The notes under the pieces were generated by a model. That model was not told the origin of the DNA, did no database searches, and was given only the letters and a program-made list of their open reading frames with translations. A stretch of 51,528 bases of DNA, the filler included, from Sphacelaria rigidula (taxonomy: Eukaryota): the NCBI GenBank assembly GCA_964200075.2. It is 4 parts of 4 records of this genome, joined end to end, with 100 filler letters (N's around TTAATTAATTAA, not from the genome) between each part and the next. Parts side by side here need not be neighbours in the genome. Positions count along the whole stretch, not along the records: positions 1 to 12,807 come from CAXNAA020003400.1; 3 more parts are not named here. One strand, 5' to 3'. Shown here piece after piece: positions 1 through 12,807 of the stretch. Position numbers and translations under genes: made by a program. The number at the start of each line of letters is the position of its first letter. The stretch's first letter is position 1.

Positions 1-209
1 CTTTCGGGCAATCAGGCCGAAGAAATCGTGAATTTGGTGATTTTGAGTCGTGATGATTTGTCCTAACCGTGAACCAATGTCATGACATTTACTTTCGTGT
101 CGGTCTACCATGTGCTGCTCTGTTCTATGGGGATGTGCACAAAGGGCAGCCTCACGTATCATGAGCGAATACTCTTTTATCCCTTGACTTGTAGAGGACA
201 ATTTCACAG

Positions 210-1000
210 ATGGAATACGGCTGCCGTGAGGCAGACGTTTTCGAGACACAGCCTAAGGCGTCAAGAGCGATTTTTATTTTCGATGACGCACTGGCCATGT
301 ATGACCGGGTCGGCAGAGCAGCGATGTTTCTCGTGACTGCCTGTACATACTGCAGAGAACATGTAAGCTATGCGACCTTAGCCAACTTACTGTTTAAATG
401 GGACACTATACGGACGGGAAGGAGCGTAGACGGTGACTGACCGATTCACCTCGCCCCCTCCCATATCACCATCCATCTCATCTCTGCCGGCCTCCCAATT
501 TGCTCTTCGTCACATTGGTCCAACTTCGTCCCTTACGAGATTTTGAAATAAGAGGGAAATTGACGTTGAAGATGTTGATCTAATGGATTGATTGTTGCAC
601 TTTAACTGACCCCCCAGGGGTCAACCCGTGGTCTCATGTTAGACGCACTCAAGAAAAACTAGACAGGGTGTACCAGACCGTGCCCAAGCGACTGACAAGA
701 TTGGATTCTCCCCACTCATGCCATGACCCTGACCCCATGGGGCCCATGAAAAGTTCACTCTCCAATCCCGCAGTTACAGCTATGTGTAGGACATGCAGCG
801 CACAGCCAATCCGCACACCGTGAACCTCTTGATCGTCAACATCATCGACATCGTCTCCAGCAGTTTTTACATGCGCGACGCTGCTGCTTATGGTCTCCAA
901 ATTTCTGTACTTTCTCGTTGTAGGACGATGACATGCACGCCTTTCACTGCAGTTGCGTTGGTGGTGTGGGCGGCCACAAGTGCCGTTATTCGTGTTCTCG
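210..1000 (+). pseudogene. Possible degenerate, spliced CxC5-like (KDZ transposon-associated) coding fragment
   Basis: Exon-like 210-362 (ttcacag| ... |gtaagc) encodes ...AMFLVTACTYCREH. Segment ~790-1000 encodes SSFYMRDAAAYGLQIS...FTAVALVVWAATSAVIRV, which resembles the CxC5 pattern by eye only. Confidence 0.3.
583..660 (-). repeat. RTE LINE 3'-terminal fragment (stem-loop and AATC tail)
   Basis: Near-identical to 17642-17725, the 3' end of an RTE fragment that retains coding sequence. Confidence 0.85.
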
Positions 1001-2438
1001 TCTTGTTATTTTCGCAATCGCGGTGAACGTGGGTTGGAAGCTCGGGAGCGTGTGCTTCCCGAGTATAGTACAGCAGCTGGACACAGGTGCACCGAGGGAT
1101 TCCACCCCGTGACCTGGAGCGTTTTTTCCGGAGGAACAGCATCATGTCAACACCGCCCACTCACAGGCTTGATTACATGTACTGAAAATATAGTACACTT
1201 CACGGGTCGGACGAATGAATGATTCGTCTGGATATTACTTGATTTCAGTGTAATTGATTCGTACCGTACGAATCAATCCTTAGGCTTTGCTTTCAGCGTT
1301 GCGACCCAGCTGCGCGCAGCCCAGGCATGTGGAATGGCGCAAACGTTGCGTGGAGACCTGCTTGACCACGACTTTTTTCTCTCTATCGAGTAATCAGGCC
1401 TGAGAAATCGTGGATTTGGTGATTTGAACTGGGGATGATTCGTCCGAGCCGTGGTACATTTCATATGAACCAGGTCGTTGTTTTTTTTGGTCGCACACGT
1501 ATTTTTGATTGATACGATTCGCCCCATTACGGTCCAGTTCTTACGCATATAGCGTTCGCGATCCATTTTCCCGGAATAAAGTACCCAAAATCGGGCCCCA
1601 TTCCCACGATAACAGTATTAGGTAGTCGTTCGTGCATGAGACCGGGTCAGCGGCATTGCCATCTCCCAAATTTCAAACAGCACAGTGCCATAAAGATCAT
1701 CGCGCCAACAGAAGAGGTACACCCGTGTGGTCAACACACAGAGTTGTTTGTTGTCGTAAAGCTAAACGGCGAGGCGTATTTGGTGGGGAATGTATGAGCT
1801 GCAGGAGGCGCGTGCGGGTGTGGTTGAGTTGTGTTCGATGGTGGGTGGGTCGGAGGTTTGCGGATTTCCCCCCTCAACTCCAACAGTCAATTGAGCAGGA
1901 CGAACACACATTGACATACACGAGCAGTACGCATGAAACCGCAGCGGTGAACTTCTTCCGAAGAGCCCCCGCCTTCCCTCCGCGGCTGTTTGCTGCTGAG
2001 GCTTCGGCAGACACGTCCGACGAAACCCCCCGAGTCGCGTTTTTATCCATGTTACAGTGGATTCCTTGTGGCCAGAAATATCACGGGGGAAAAAACCCTG
2101 ACAAGCATGGGCTAACTAACGTCCATCCACGCCTACACTATTGCAATTTCTTAACGATGGGCGAGACGGTTACTCTGACATCGGGCAGTTGGTTGCTGTC
2201 CTCATATTGCGGTGTTCCATGGCAATCGCCTTTATCCAGCAAATAGTCACGACTACATGATGCTGGCGGTAACGATATAGACCTCTCGAGTGTCACACAA
2301 AATTATTGAAAATTCGGACATATGGTCAGAAGAGTAAATTCCATTTTCTACCGTCAAGGGCTGACCACTTTCTTCGTGGACGGATCTGTTCGTTCGATTT
2401 GAAGCACGCTCTCGTTCATCTTAAAATCTACGTGGATA

Positions 2439-2793
2439 GTGTGCGTGTGTTGTCGTCCCATCTATGCTGGACGCCGGCCTACACCTTTCGGTATATGTGG
2501 ACGCACCAGCCGCAGTCACACAGGAGGAAGGCCAACACGGGAGTTTTTTCTTTTCGTTTGCTATATGTTTCTAGTTACCATCTGCGTTGCTTACCTTTCA
2601 GTCTTCATCGCGAGAGGGGTTCAGCGGTACCTTCACCTCGTCGACCATGGAGTCGAATTTTGTGTACCCACGACATAGTCGCTCTCCACTGTTGGGCATG
2701 GTGTGAGGAAAAACCTAGATCGCTCCGAGATTCGAACCCACGACTTGACCGTCAAAAGGTTTCGAGGTTACCAACTGAGCGACCGGGGCGACC
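2439..2793 (-). mobile_element. tRNA-derived SINE, family A copy 1
   Basis: Minus-strand head GGTCGCCCCGGTCGCTCAGTTGG (A box) ... GGTTCGAATC (B box); whole body repeated at 14212-14565. Confidence 0.85.
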
Positions 2794-4425
2794 GGCTATG
2801 TATTACTACAGGATATTTTTGACCCCTGCGGACACCGCAGATTACAAGCGAAATGTGCCCTCCTCCCCTCTACCCCCCACAAAAATATCTTCTGCGCTAG
2901 ACAAGTACCCGAAGAATCGCCGGTAAAACTATCATCCTGAGAGGAGGCCTCGCGGGAACAGGGTCAAGAGAGAGGTGCGCGATACAGTGTGCAGAGCGCT
3001 CGGCCTGACGGCATTTTTGTCTCAGCCTCTATCAACACATGTGTCAGCTTAGAAAACTATTACGATGGAATCGTAATCAGCGTTGCGCCGACCACTATTT
3101 TCTTATTTTTATACCGGTATTTTATCGCATTTCGGTAGGTGATGGCGGATGCCGCGGGATTTTGGGCCTGTATGTTGCACACTTGACCCCCACCTCGTCG
3201 AGGCAAACTACAGCACACGGCGGGTATGGTGCTGCTTTCGAAGAGGCATCTATCGTCAATTTATGCGCTATAGTTGGTGGAATTGAGTCGAAAGTCGTTG
3301 AAGGCGTAATTTCACGGATAATCTACGTACATATTTCCGTAAAGTGGTGGTTACAGGTTTGACTGAGTCCGTTGACTCCCCCGTGTTTTGTTTTTCAGGG
3401 GTGGTAACGAAGGTGACCTTAACACCACGGTAACACCGACATGAATATTCAGCTGCGCTTCCGCAACCCGATACAAAACGCGAAAATATCTAGACGTGAG
3501 TACAGTACATTACAGTAGCCCGGCCGCAGTCTACGCACCGCACAAAACGTGTTGTATTGCTGTACAACACGCACGGGACCGCTTCAACTACAGATCATGC
3601 TGTAGGGGAGCCGGAAGTGCGTAGTATGTACAGAGAGTGCGTACATGATTAACATCCCTGCGAAGGTACATGACACACCAAGATCTACAACAGTAGCCCT
3701 CATCATGAAATCACAATTCAACAACCTTGAATACCCACATCTGATGTTGCCTGATCCTTGGTAGAACTGAGGGGGGCGAAATCGCCTCCTACCGTCCGTC
3801 GTCCGCTTGCGGAACGGTTGTCGCTGTTGGCAGTTGACGTTGAAGTCAAGAAGCGATGGCCGTTAGGACACGATTGAACATTCTTCAACAACCCGTTGTT
3901 GGTAGGGGTAGTAATGCCGTGGAACGCATAAGCTTGGCCCGCAACTTGCAACTGCTCAAGCAAAACGGAAACAGTGCATGCCAATCAAATAGTAGAGTGA
4001 GCAGGCAGCGGGAAGCAGGGGGGGCGGGCGGGCGGGATATAAATATAAACAGGGCAGAGTATGATGGATCATGCCCATCAGCCCCTGTGCGGATCATGTC
4101 AGCTGCGGAGTGTGAAAGGATGGTGGATAGATCCTGCGTGCATATGTGACTGACAATTTCGCTCCCCCTACGCACAGAATATACCCAACTCACCAAGGTT
4201 GTCGAAATGAGAACAGGGAGGTGCATCGTCGTCCCCACCGGAAATCGCGTTCAGCAGACGAAACATACGGCAGGCATGCCTGTCGGAACAGGACCTTCGT
4301 CATTTCGATCACGGGTCTGAATCAGTAGTAAATGGCACATGTGAGGTTCAAGTATGTGCTGAGCACAGCGGTACTGGTGTAACCTTTACCGTTTTGTCGT
4401 AGTTATTATACTGTTGTGTGCAGAA

Positions 4426-5470
4426 AGGCTTTGCTTTTTATGTGCGCATCTCATTTCACATAATTATTAAAACGGGGTTTGGCGCATAACCTTATGCATT
4501 TTTTTAAAACATATGTTTATGGAGATTTCACCAAAATAACAAAGGCATGAAAACTAAGGTTTCACGCATACCTCGGCGCATATTATAGTACTCCAACCGG
4601 GTTATTATACACCCCATGCCAAGCAGTTATAAAAGTAGCTCCCCACGGGTGCTCCATGTGGCGTGGCTGGTCGATTTGTGGCGTTCGTGTTCGTGTTATT
4701 TTTTCTTTAAACTTTGTTGCTGGTCTGATACATCGATTATTGTGCTGCACAGGCTGGTTCACGCAGAAGACCCAACATTATGTCATCAGCAAATTAAATA
4801 CCGTCTGCAATACGCAACCAATGATCGCATGCATGGTGTAATACTGATTGCAGTGAGCAGACGAAGAGGGTGACATAGCCAGAGTGTTTTTTCAAGGCTA
4901 CAGCAGTGGCGTTATGGACAAAATGTATCTTGACCAATCAGCGCCTTCGAGCTGTTCCGAAATTGAAAGTACGAATTCCAACCCCAATTTCCACCGAATC
5001 TCCACATGTATTCACATCATAATGATCATCATCACCTCAGGAATCTAACGGGAGAAACAGATTTGGAAACGGTTCCAACGGGGTCGAGTTATACCCGAAA
5101 CCGTCATGTTTCGGTGATGATGCGGAGTTTGGCGTTGTCTAATTTCCACTCATGGTACGTGGGAAACACTCAGGGCGCATAATTTTTATATTTATTTGAG
5201 CCAAAGTAAACCATCCAAGTTTATTCATGCAACACACGAACGAACCACGCACGGCTCGTGTGCATTGTTTCGACAACGTGTTGCTGAGCAAGTGATGCCC
5301 CAAAGGCTGATATAAACAGTTGTCTCGTTTGAGAAGAAAAAAATCAAATGAGGAGCTACTACTGGGGGGAGGGGGGGTCCAGGGATATTTTTTTCACCCG
5401 CCCTTGTTTGAGCACATAAAAAAATGAAATGAAAAGCAGTAGGGAAAAATGCGCATAAAAGCAAGAGCCT
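4426..5470. mobile_element. Putative non-autonomous DNA transposon
   Basis: Imperfect TIRs AGGCTTTGCTTTTTATGTGCGCAT / ATGCGCATAAAAGCAAGAGCCT and internal GCGCATAA motifs; no convincing TSD. Confidence 0.5.
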
Positions 5471-5571
5471 ATGTACTATGTACAGCAGAGCCTCGATTTT
5501 GAAACCGACTTCTCATTATTACTGACGAGCAACCACCATGGAGTATGATATGCATGCGCAGACTGACCACC

Positions 5572-6106
5572 GCGCCCCGGTGGTGTAATAGTCCGACTGT
5601 CGTCATTCGACGTATCTCAAACTCGGCTCCCGGTATCCTGTTCTGTTTTGTTCTATTTTTTCGAGTGAAAGTGATGCCGATTCATCAGATGATGAGACCG
5701 TTTGACCGCCAGGTCAGGTCCTCTCATGAATCGCGATCACTTTCACTCAAAAGAACAGTACACAACTCAGAGCCAGCGAATAAACCAGGATACCGGGAGC
5801 CGAGTTTGAGATACCTCTATTAGGGCGGAGAGAACTAGAGTTCGATTCCCGATGTGCGTCGGATCTTTTCTTCGTAATATCTGATTTCCACCGTGGAAAG
5901 CGTGAGAACGTGAGTAAACGACGTTGTCAACTGAGTTTGTTTCGCGTGGGTTGACGCGATGGGGGAGTGCTGACCCAATCCGCGAGACCAACATGAAAGG
6001 CGTGTACCGGGGGAGAGACGTGTCGATCGCTTGAGACCACGGACTCGTCCCGAGGAAGGGGCGAGGGGTTCAAAGTGTGTTAAAAAAAGAAAAACGAAAA
6101 AAAAAG
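5572..6106 (+). mobile_element. tRNA-derived SINE, family B, interrupted by a MITE
   Basis: A-box-like GGTGGTGTAATAG (~5579), B box GAGTTCGATTCCC (~5838), A-rich tail 6082-6105; 3' motif GACCACGGACTCGTCCCGAG recurs at ~48833 (+) and ~50771 (-). Confidence 0.65.
5612..5814. mobile_element. Palindromic MITE
   Basis: Perfect 29-bp TIR (5612-5640 / 5786-5814) plus an inner inverted repeat GAGTGAAAGTGAT..CGATTCAT / ATGAATCG..ATCACTTTCACTC. Confidence 0.85.
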
Positions 6107-6722
6107 TACAGTACAGTAGAACAGTAGCAGTACCGTTTCGTATCACACTAGACTGTATTATAGTGTACGTTTCTGCAGCGTTTTTGTGACGGACATATAA
6201 CATAGTCTTACACACCAGGCATAGACAGGAATGCACTACCCGCACCTACACCTGCTCTGTGTCAATCTTCCACAGGTCCAGCTACCAGCCCGTGTAGTGC
6301 GGGCTGCACACAGGTATCGAACGGCTGTATCTTGGTGAAGTTACGTACACTATAATACTGTCTGGTGTCATACGAAACGGTACACGGTACTGGGCTGTAC
6401 TTGATATATCATACTCCACGATGGTTGCCGGTCGGTAATAATCTGCGGTCGGTGTCAGAATTGTGTGTATAATAACTACGACAAAACTGCGAAGGGTACT
6501 GAACAAGAGCAGTTCTCGCCGATTGTTACAGTTCTGCAGCGGCCATGAGAGTATCGTACCGTCGACAGCACCCTGGTGAAGATGGAGATGTACCTGACTT
6601 CTTGAAGGATGACATGTCGCCCTCATGTGTGCGGACAGGTGATGACTTCATCTATGTGCAATCCAAACCCGCTAGTACACAGCGGCGAAATCATGAGGTG
6701 TATAGTGTACTGTAGTGTACTA

Positions 6723-6723
6723 G

Positions 6724-6788
<65 letters not shown>
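6723..6788. repeat. (GTT)22 microsatellite
   Basis: Read directly. Confidence 0.97.
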
Positions 6789-7218
6789 ATTGCTGTCGTC
6801 TTCGTTCTGATATCTGCGCGGTACATTCGTACTGGGCATCTGATGCTGACGCCTTCCGTGGTGGTGTGGTGTAATCTCCAGCGATGTATACGGCACTGCT
6901 GCGCAGTTCTCAAGAGTTATGCTCTTACTGCCTCGTTGTACGGCAATAATGTAGCACTTTCCTCTGAACTCCGTACAACATCCCTGGAGGTGTTGGTGCG
7001 GGACATTGTTCCGCAGTCGCTACAACGTTGATGGTCTTCCGCCGAGAGAGTTGATACAGATGCAAGAAATGACCCCCCCGCAACCTGGGACGGTCTTGTA
7101 CGGCGGGTGGAGTCGTCTGGATTTGAATTTTCCCAGGGGCTCTTGACATGACGAACTTTTGCGTCTCTTCGCTTGTCCGTGTCTCTGAACCGTCTCAAAA
7201 AAGATCTTGTGAATTTTG

Positions 7219-7300
7219 CACACGTCGGACCACTCATGAGCTATAGTACCTGAATATTAGTGTTTACGGATCCGGATCATGAGTTAACTCATGTGGCAGG
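7219..7300 (-). mobile_element. Truncated copy of the 8-bp-TSD MITE family
   Basis: CACACGTCGGACCACTCATGAGCTA...GATCCGGATCATGAG matches the terminus of the 13534 and 28057 copies. Confidence 0.6.
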
Positions 7301-7324
7301 CATTTGGCCCCCCTTTTCCATTGA

Positions 7325-7514
7325 GGCCGTGTCTTATCAAATTGTTCTCTTGTCGAAAACGTGCGGTCGAATCGAATTCCCTCGTTTCTTATTTGCCCAC
7401 GCTCTTTATTATCTCAGATGGTTGAGAACATGGATGCCGTGAACGTATCAGGTAAGAGGAAATTCGATTCCACCGTACGTTTTCGAGTCGAAACCAACTT
7501 GATAAGACACGGCC
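7325..7514. mobile_element. Tourist/PIF-Harbinger-like MITE
   Basis: TIR GGCCGTGTCTTATCAA / TTGATAAGACACGGCC, extending imperfectly ~55 bp; flanks TGA ... (TGGCC)TGA. Confidence 0.8.
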
Positions 7515-9537
7515 TGGCCTGATTGTCCTCGATATAAAAACCTCAAAGAACAAGAAGAAACCAACTCATTCTACACCAAACCCCCACGCCCCACATCCCA
7601 CATCCTCCATTTTCTTCCCCTTGTCCCAAAACCCCTCAAACAACAAAAGAAAAAGCCCATCCCAACCCGTCCACCTCAACCAAACACCGAAAACCCATAT
7701 GTAATTTATTTACTCCCTACAGCGCTGATGCCGAGCATGCAGAGTAGCGCAAAGGTAGCGCTTTGGCTTCTCGGACCCCACTACAGTGTGTGACTGTACT
7801 GTTGCATATTCTACGTTCTTCGACAACGGATATGAAATACCTCTTCGACTATTAACAGTTCTTTTTGGTAACTCATGGACTGTTCGACGTGTGGAATTTT
7901 AATGGTGAGTCCTGTATTGCTGCTCGGTTGGAAGATGGTCTCGCCCGGTTCAGAGGTTATCATTGGAAGACTTTTGTCTGATCTCGTGACATGTTCACCT
8001 TTGCTGTCCGGTTAAAAGATGGTCATCTGGGAATTGTGCTGATTCGAAGGTGGCCATGTGACATTTTCACTTGCGATCTGGCGATGAACATATGAGGCTT
8101 GTGAGGCTTGTGGTTAGGGTTAGCCTTCCGGTGCAGAGATGGATATTTAAGATGCTATTTGAAATAGCTGGTCATCTGCCTTATTTGATCTTGGGTGTGA
8201 TGATGCATGTTCCTATACCGCTCGGGCCGGCCATCTCCATTTTCGAAATACCGGAATATTTTCCTCCAGTCATTCTGGCAACACTCTCAGGCGTCGCGAC
8301 AGTAATTATCCTTCTTTTGGATCAGAATATTCAAGTTACAACTTTTGGAAAGTGACTGTTGATGCTGTGATGAACCATATCGCCGGATATGGGTATCATG
8401 AAGTTTGTTTTAGTCCTCATTTTTTTTTCTGCTTCATCTGTGTAAGGTTGAATTAGTTCCCAACTTTCCCGAAAATCTAGCGCCGAAAAATCAATCCCGA
8501 CGCTAGATTTCGGAAGACCCAGAAAAAAAATCCAACCTTTTTCGGCAACAGACGTTACCAACTGGTCGGAAAAAATGGTTGAAATTAAAACATACTCGTT
8601 TTAGTGTTCGGACAGTCAAACGGTAGCACTGACCCAAAATCGGTCAACCGATCAGCGTGTACCTCGTGGTGCTTGTCAATGCACGAATGCTGGTAGATAC
8701 CTTGCCAGTGACACTCGAAGCTATGGCCGAGAGTAGAAAGCGCCGCGGGTCTGCTGCAATCACCCCCTCAAGCCGGCAAAGGATGGCATACGACGAGGTT
8801 AACAAGCTATCTGTCATACGAACGGTAGTGGCTGCTGTTTTTTGTGGTCGCTCCGTAACCCCAGGAGTTGCTCACAGCAGTAGCCACAGCAGTGGTCGGC
8901 AACTTAGTCTGTCGCCACGTGTTTCTAGATTCGCTTTCGTGGGTTGGAACCAAGCGCTGTTGTGTTGATACACTGCCGCTGTACCTTCGTGCGTGTGTAT
9001 GTTTGTGTATGTGCAGTGCAATCAGCGCTTTTACGGGATGTAGCGGGTATCGGACTGATTCGCGGGTCTGCCAGTATTCTGTGTCTCAACAGGCAGAGCT
9101 TATGCATAGGTTAGACGTGAAGGGTAGCCTACTTGATGGGTACATCCTCTGCGCAAGGCATCCGTGAGTATTCTAATCCAATGACTGCAGTCACACATCT
9201 TATGCTCATGAAAGGGATCTTGCCTATAGTCCGATAGCAGCAGAGGAGAGGCACGTGAGCACTGCGCTCAGCATGAAGGTCGATCCTTGGTGAAGGACGG
9301 GTGGTGTCGTCAGCCGTTGGTAAAGGGTGGAGTGCCGTTCAGTTATCGGGAGACATATGAATTTCCCCTGTGAGTGGATTGTGGTTTGCGTTTGCTTTCT
9401 TCTGATCTCGTTGGGCGGTGAACACCCGGACCAACGCATCGTATTTTCACATTCTTTCGTTCATTGGGCTGCAGCTGTTGGTTATTGCCCGCAATTGTTT
9501 TGCCCTATAGTATTCTATACAGGGTCATTATCCACCC

Positions 9538-9902
9538 TGTAACTTCCCCCCTCAATAGTCTCACCAGGTATATTCTATTGAGTTGAGACTAGTACAATCG
9601 ATCCGAGACCATGTGAAATGAAAGGGGGAACTCCATACATACTTCTCTGTGATTTTTTACCGGGAAAGTACGGGATAGAGGCCCACTCCGGCTGCACCCA
9701 TGGGACTCGGTAACTTTCTCATCTTCGACTACGTCTCCGAGCTTGAGTGAATGTTCCACCCTTGTTCATCCTGCATGGAGCCCTTCACCTGTGGAGTACT
9801 CACTCGAGGGGACACGCTTCTGATGGCACGGCTGCTACTTAGAGCATGCAACTCGTTGTCGGTATGTAGTGGATATCACTTCATCTAAACTGCTTATTTA
9901 CG
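9538..9902 (-). repeat. Putative 3' LTR of Gypsy element 1
   Basis: TGTAA...TTACG termini; adjacent TTTCCCCCCTG is a polypurine tract on the minus strand; no partner LTR in the segment. Confidence 0.5.
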
Positions 9903-12807
9903 TATTTCCCCCCTGCTGTATTCCAACCACTCGCCGTTCGGGTATCTCACGCGCCAGTATGGACCAAGGTAATCATATGCCTCACCTGTCCCTACTCCTT
10001 CGCCGACACCGTCGTCCACTGACCTCCTCACCTGGGTTTATATTGGGCACAAAGCCAAATCTTCCTCCCTACTCCTTGTCGTCGGTGTGGACGCTCCCTC
10101 ACCGTTAGATTCTGGATAGGGTCTTAGCGACGGATTATACGAGTCCCACATGGCATGAAACACGTCGAGTTGGAGGGGACAAAAACTACCCAACAATTCT
10201 GTTTCTGCCTGACAGTCGGACTCTTGTCTACCTTCGTACTCCCACACCGTTAGGTTGGGTGCGATTGTTGTGCTCTTCCGGTTCATTAGTCTATACAATG
10301 AGGAGGCTATTGTAGAAAGGTCAGCTAGTCCCAGGTCCGGCCCCCACGCCATCTGGGCAAACCCATCCTCCACTACCTGTCTTAGTTCAGGTCGACGTTG
10401 ATAGAACGGTTTAAGGGCCGTGGTTGAAACGGTCCTGTGGCGTAGTCTCCTGCCCTACATCGATACTTCTACACTGATTCCTGGAACGGGGATGGACGTT
10501 TCTTCCCACGATCCTGACCATTTTTCGTGTGCTAGTTTTCGGTGCCGGCCGTCTCTGTGTAACGTACTTCCTAGTTCCCAGACTAGCACGAAGTCTCATA
10601 TCTCAACCGACGTTCCCGGGCAGTGCCTTATGATATTTGCATTCCGTCTTTGTCGATCCCTTTGTTTGTTTCTCTGTCTTGCCTCTAAGTTTTCCAGACC
10701 TATTGCGGTGCCATTGCCGTCCATCTGTGGTACTAGAGTGTCTAGTGTGGTTCCAGGAGTACGACCGGAAGGGATTTGAAACGGGGACATGTTGGAGGGA
10801 ACGGTTGGGTCTTGGAGTGTACGTTTGATCCAGCACGCTGGGCCCACACACTGATCCTACCTGTCAGGCCATGATTTACATAGTTCGGATAGTGTATCAT
10901 GCATCCATGCTCGTGCCCTTTCAAACTGCACCCTGACCTCTCGGGTGCTCTGCGGGTCCGTAGTCCAGTGATACCCTGAGCCATCTGCATAGGCCCCTTG
11001 CTACAGTTGCTGCGAACTCTCCCCCTTCGTCGCTGCGAGTAGATGTAGACATGCCGAATGTTGGACACAGGTTCAGTAGGGTGTGGGCTACCGGTGCTGG
11101 CTCTTTCGGAGGTCTGGGGTAGGCGAAGAGGAACTTTGACGCCCGGTCGAAAATCAGTAGTATGTATCGATTACCTAATGCGGATGTGCGATGCATGTCC
11201 TGAAAGTCGATCTCCAGTACCTCCCAGGGTTGTAGAGAGCGGCTCGGTAGCACTGCTACTAGTTGCGTTTGTGCCCTTTTCCTGCGTCTGCATCCACATG
11301 ATAGAAAGTAGTCGCGGCAGTCTTTGTTCAAACTGTTTTACTGGAAGTGGTTTCATAGTAGGATCGTGGTGTGCGCTACTCCCCGTGTGTCCGTACTGTG
11401 CGTGTACGAGTGCTATTAGGTCGGGGACTAGCTGTCTCGGTATGGCTAAGGTTGACTTATGCTTATTTCCGGTAAACCACGACAGGCCCTGGCCGTCCAC
11501 GATGCAGCGATCTGACGTGCTTCCAGACTCAGCCTTTTTTGTCTCACTGAGTAGAGAAGCTCGAATCTGGCTCAGTTGGGGGTCGTTATTCTGGTTATCG
11601 GTTAGGTTGTGCAAATCAGTTGGAGTACTGATCGCTCTGTTGATGACGGAGTCGTGACTATTGGGTGAGACCCCTTTCACGTGGTTGTTTCCGTGTTCAT
11701 TGGAAACGACAGGGGAAGTTACTTCCTGACTGTCCGACAGTGTCTGTGGGCATCTGTGTAGGCTGGAGGTGTGCTCTGCGGTACGGGAGTGGATTCGTCG
11801 GTTATGAAATCCTTCAGTCTGACAGAGTGGGTTCGGGTTCTGCTAGATCAGGGTGGTTCATCCTGAACCCTATCATGCAGTGTTACCACCTCTTCTCGAG
11901 CGAATGGCATCTACGACAGCTGTGTCATTGTCTCACTTACTCCTGTGTCATGTGTTTGTATGTCGGATATCTGGCTTGACTTTTGTCGTGTGACTTCGTC
12001 GGCTGAGCAGTCTGCGCTGTCTGTAGTGGCTGCCGTCGACCACACCGCTGTGATGGAAGCAGATGCCACCAGTATCCCACTCTCCTCTCCTAGTTGGCTC
12101 AAGGGGACACCGTCCAACGCTGGTCCTTGCGGGCCCTTCGTGAACCTGTCGGACTTTAGAGTTGGGTCATCCGGAAAAGCGTCGCCGACATCTGTACCTT
12201 CTGGGGTATTGCCACATAGGCGGGATAGATAGAGCATCGGGAAGTTGGTGGCATGTACCTGCTCTCCACAGTATTTTAGTGTCATGCCGTACTCCACCAA
12301 GCGTAGCGCCCAACGATGTAACTTGGGTTTGAGAGCTCTGCTTCTGAATAATCAGATGATGGCGCTGCAATCAGTGTCGAGGCTGAATCTTTTACCCGCA
12401 ATATATTATCCAAAGTGCCCCGTCGGCCACAAGACGGCCATGCATTCTCGGTGCGTTGCTGCCCTCGGTGAATCTGTACGCAAGAACCGGTGACTTTCGT
12501 TCTCTACTACTTTCTCGACACCTTCAATCGTCTGGCGAAATGTCGCACCGGCCGCCAAAATACTCGTGTCGGTGTGTAGGGGAAAGGGATGATCCCACGA
12601 AGGGTATGCTAGAACTGGTGGGGGGGTTAGTGCCTCCTTCAGTTTATCGAAAACCTGTTGCTTTTCACCGTCCCACGGGATTCTCAGTTTCCTCGCCCGT
12701 TCCGATTGAAAGCGAGCACGGTTAGGACAAATCAGAATTTATACAAGTCGACCCCTCATGACGCGCAAGTAGTCATTCTGTATAAACCGTTGGTCCCGCT
12801 GAGTCGA
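9538..12807 (-). mobile_element. Degenerate Ty3/Gypsy LTR retrotransposon, 3' part (RNase H, integrase, chromo-like and Tudor-like domains, 3' LTR)
   Basis: RNase H remnants (~12170-12500, HQLPDALS); integrase core 10921-11331 (PWEVLEIDF, YILLIFDRASKF, RSDEGGEF); cut off by the segment end. Confidence 0.88.

Noticed and set aside
2718-2793. tRNA gene
   Set aside because: A and B boxes are present but there is no proper cloverleaf, and it is fused to a repeated ~280-bp body, so it is a SINE head
6276-7031. Several AG/GT-bounded exon-like blocks in segment 1 (also 3139-3223)
   Set aside because: Could not be joined into a phase-consistent, recognisable protein; the poly-Val/Thr ORFs are microsatellite artefacts
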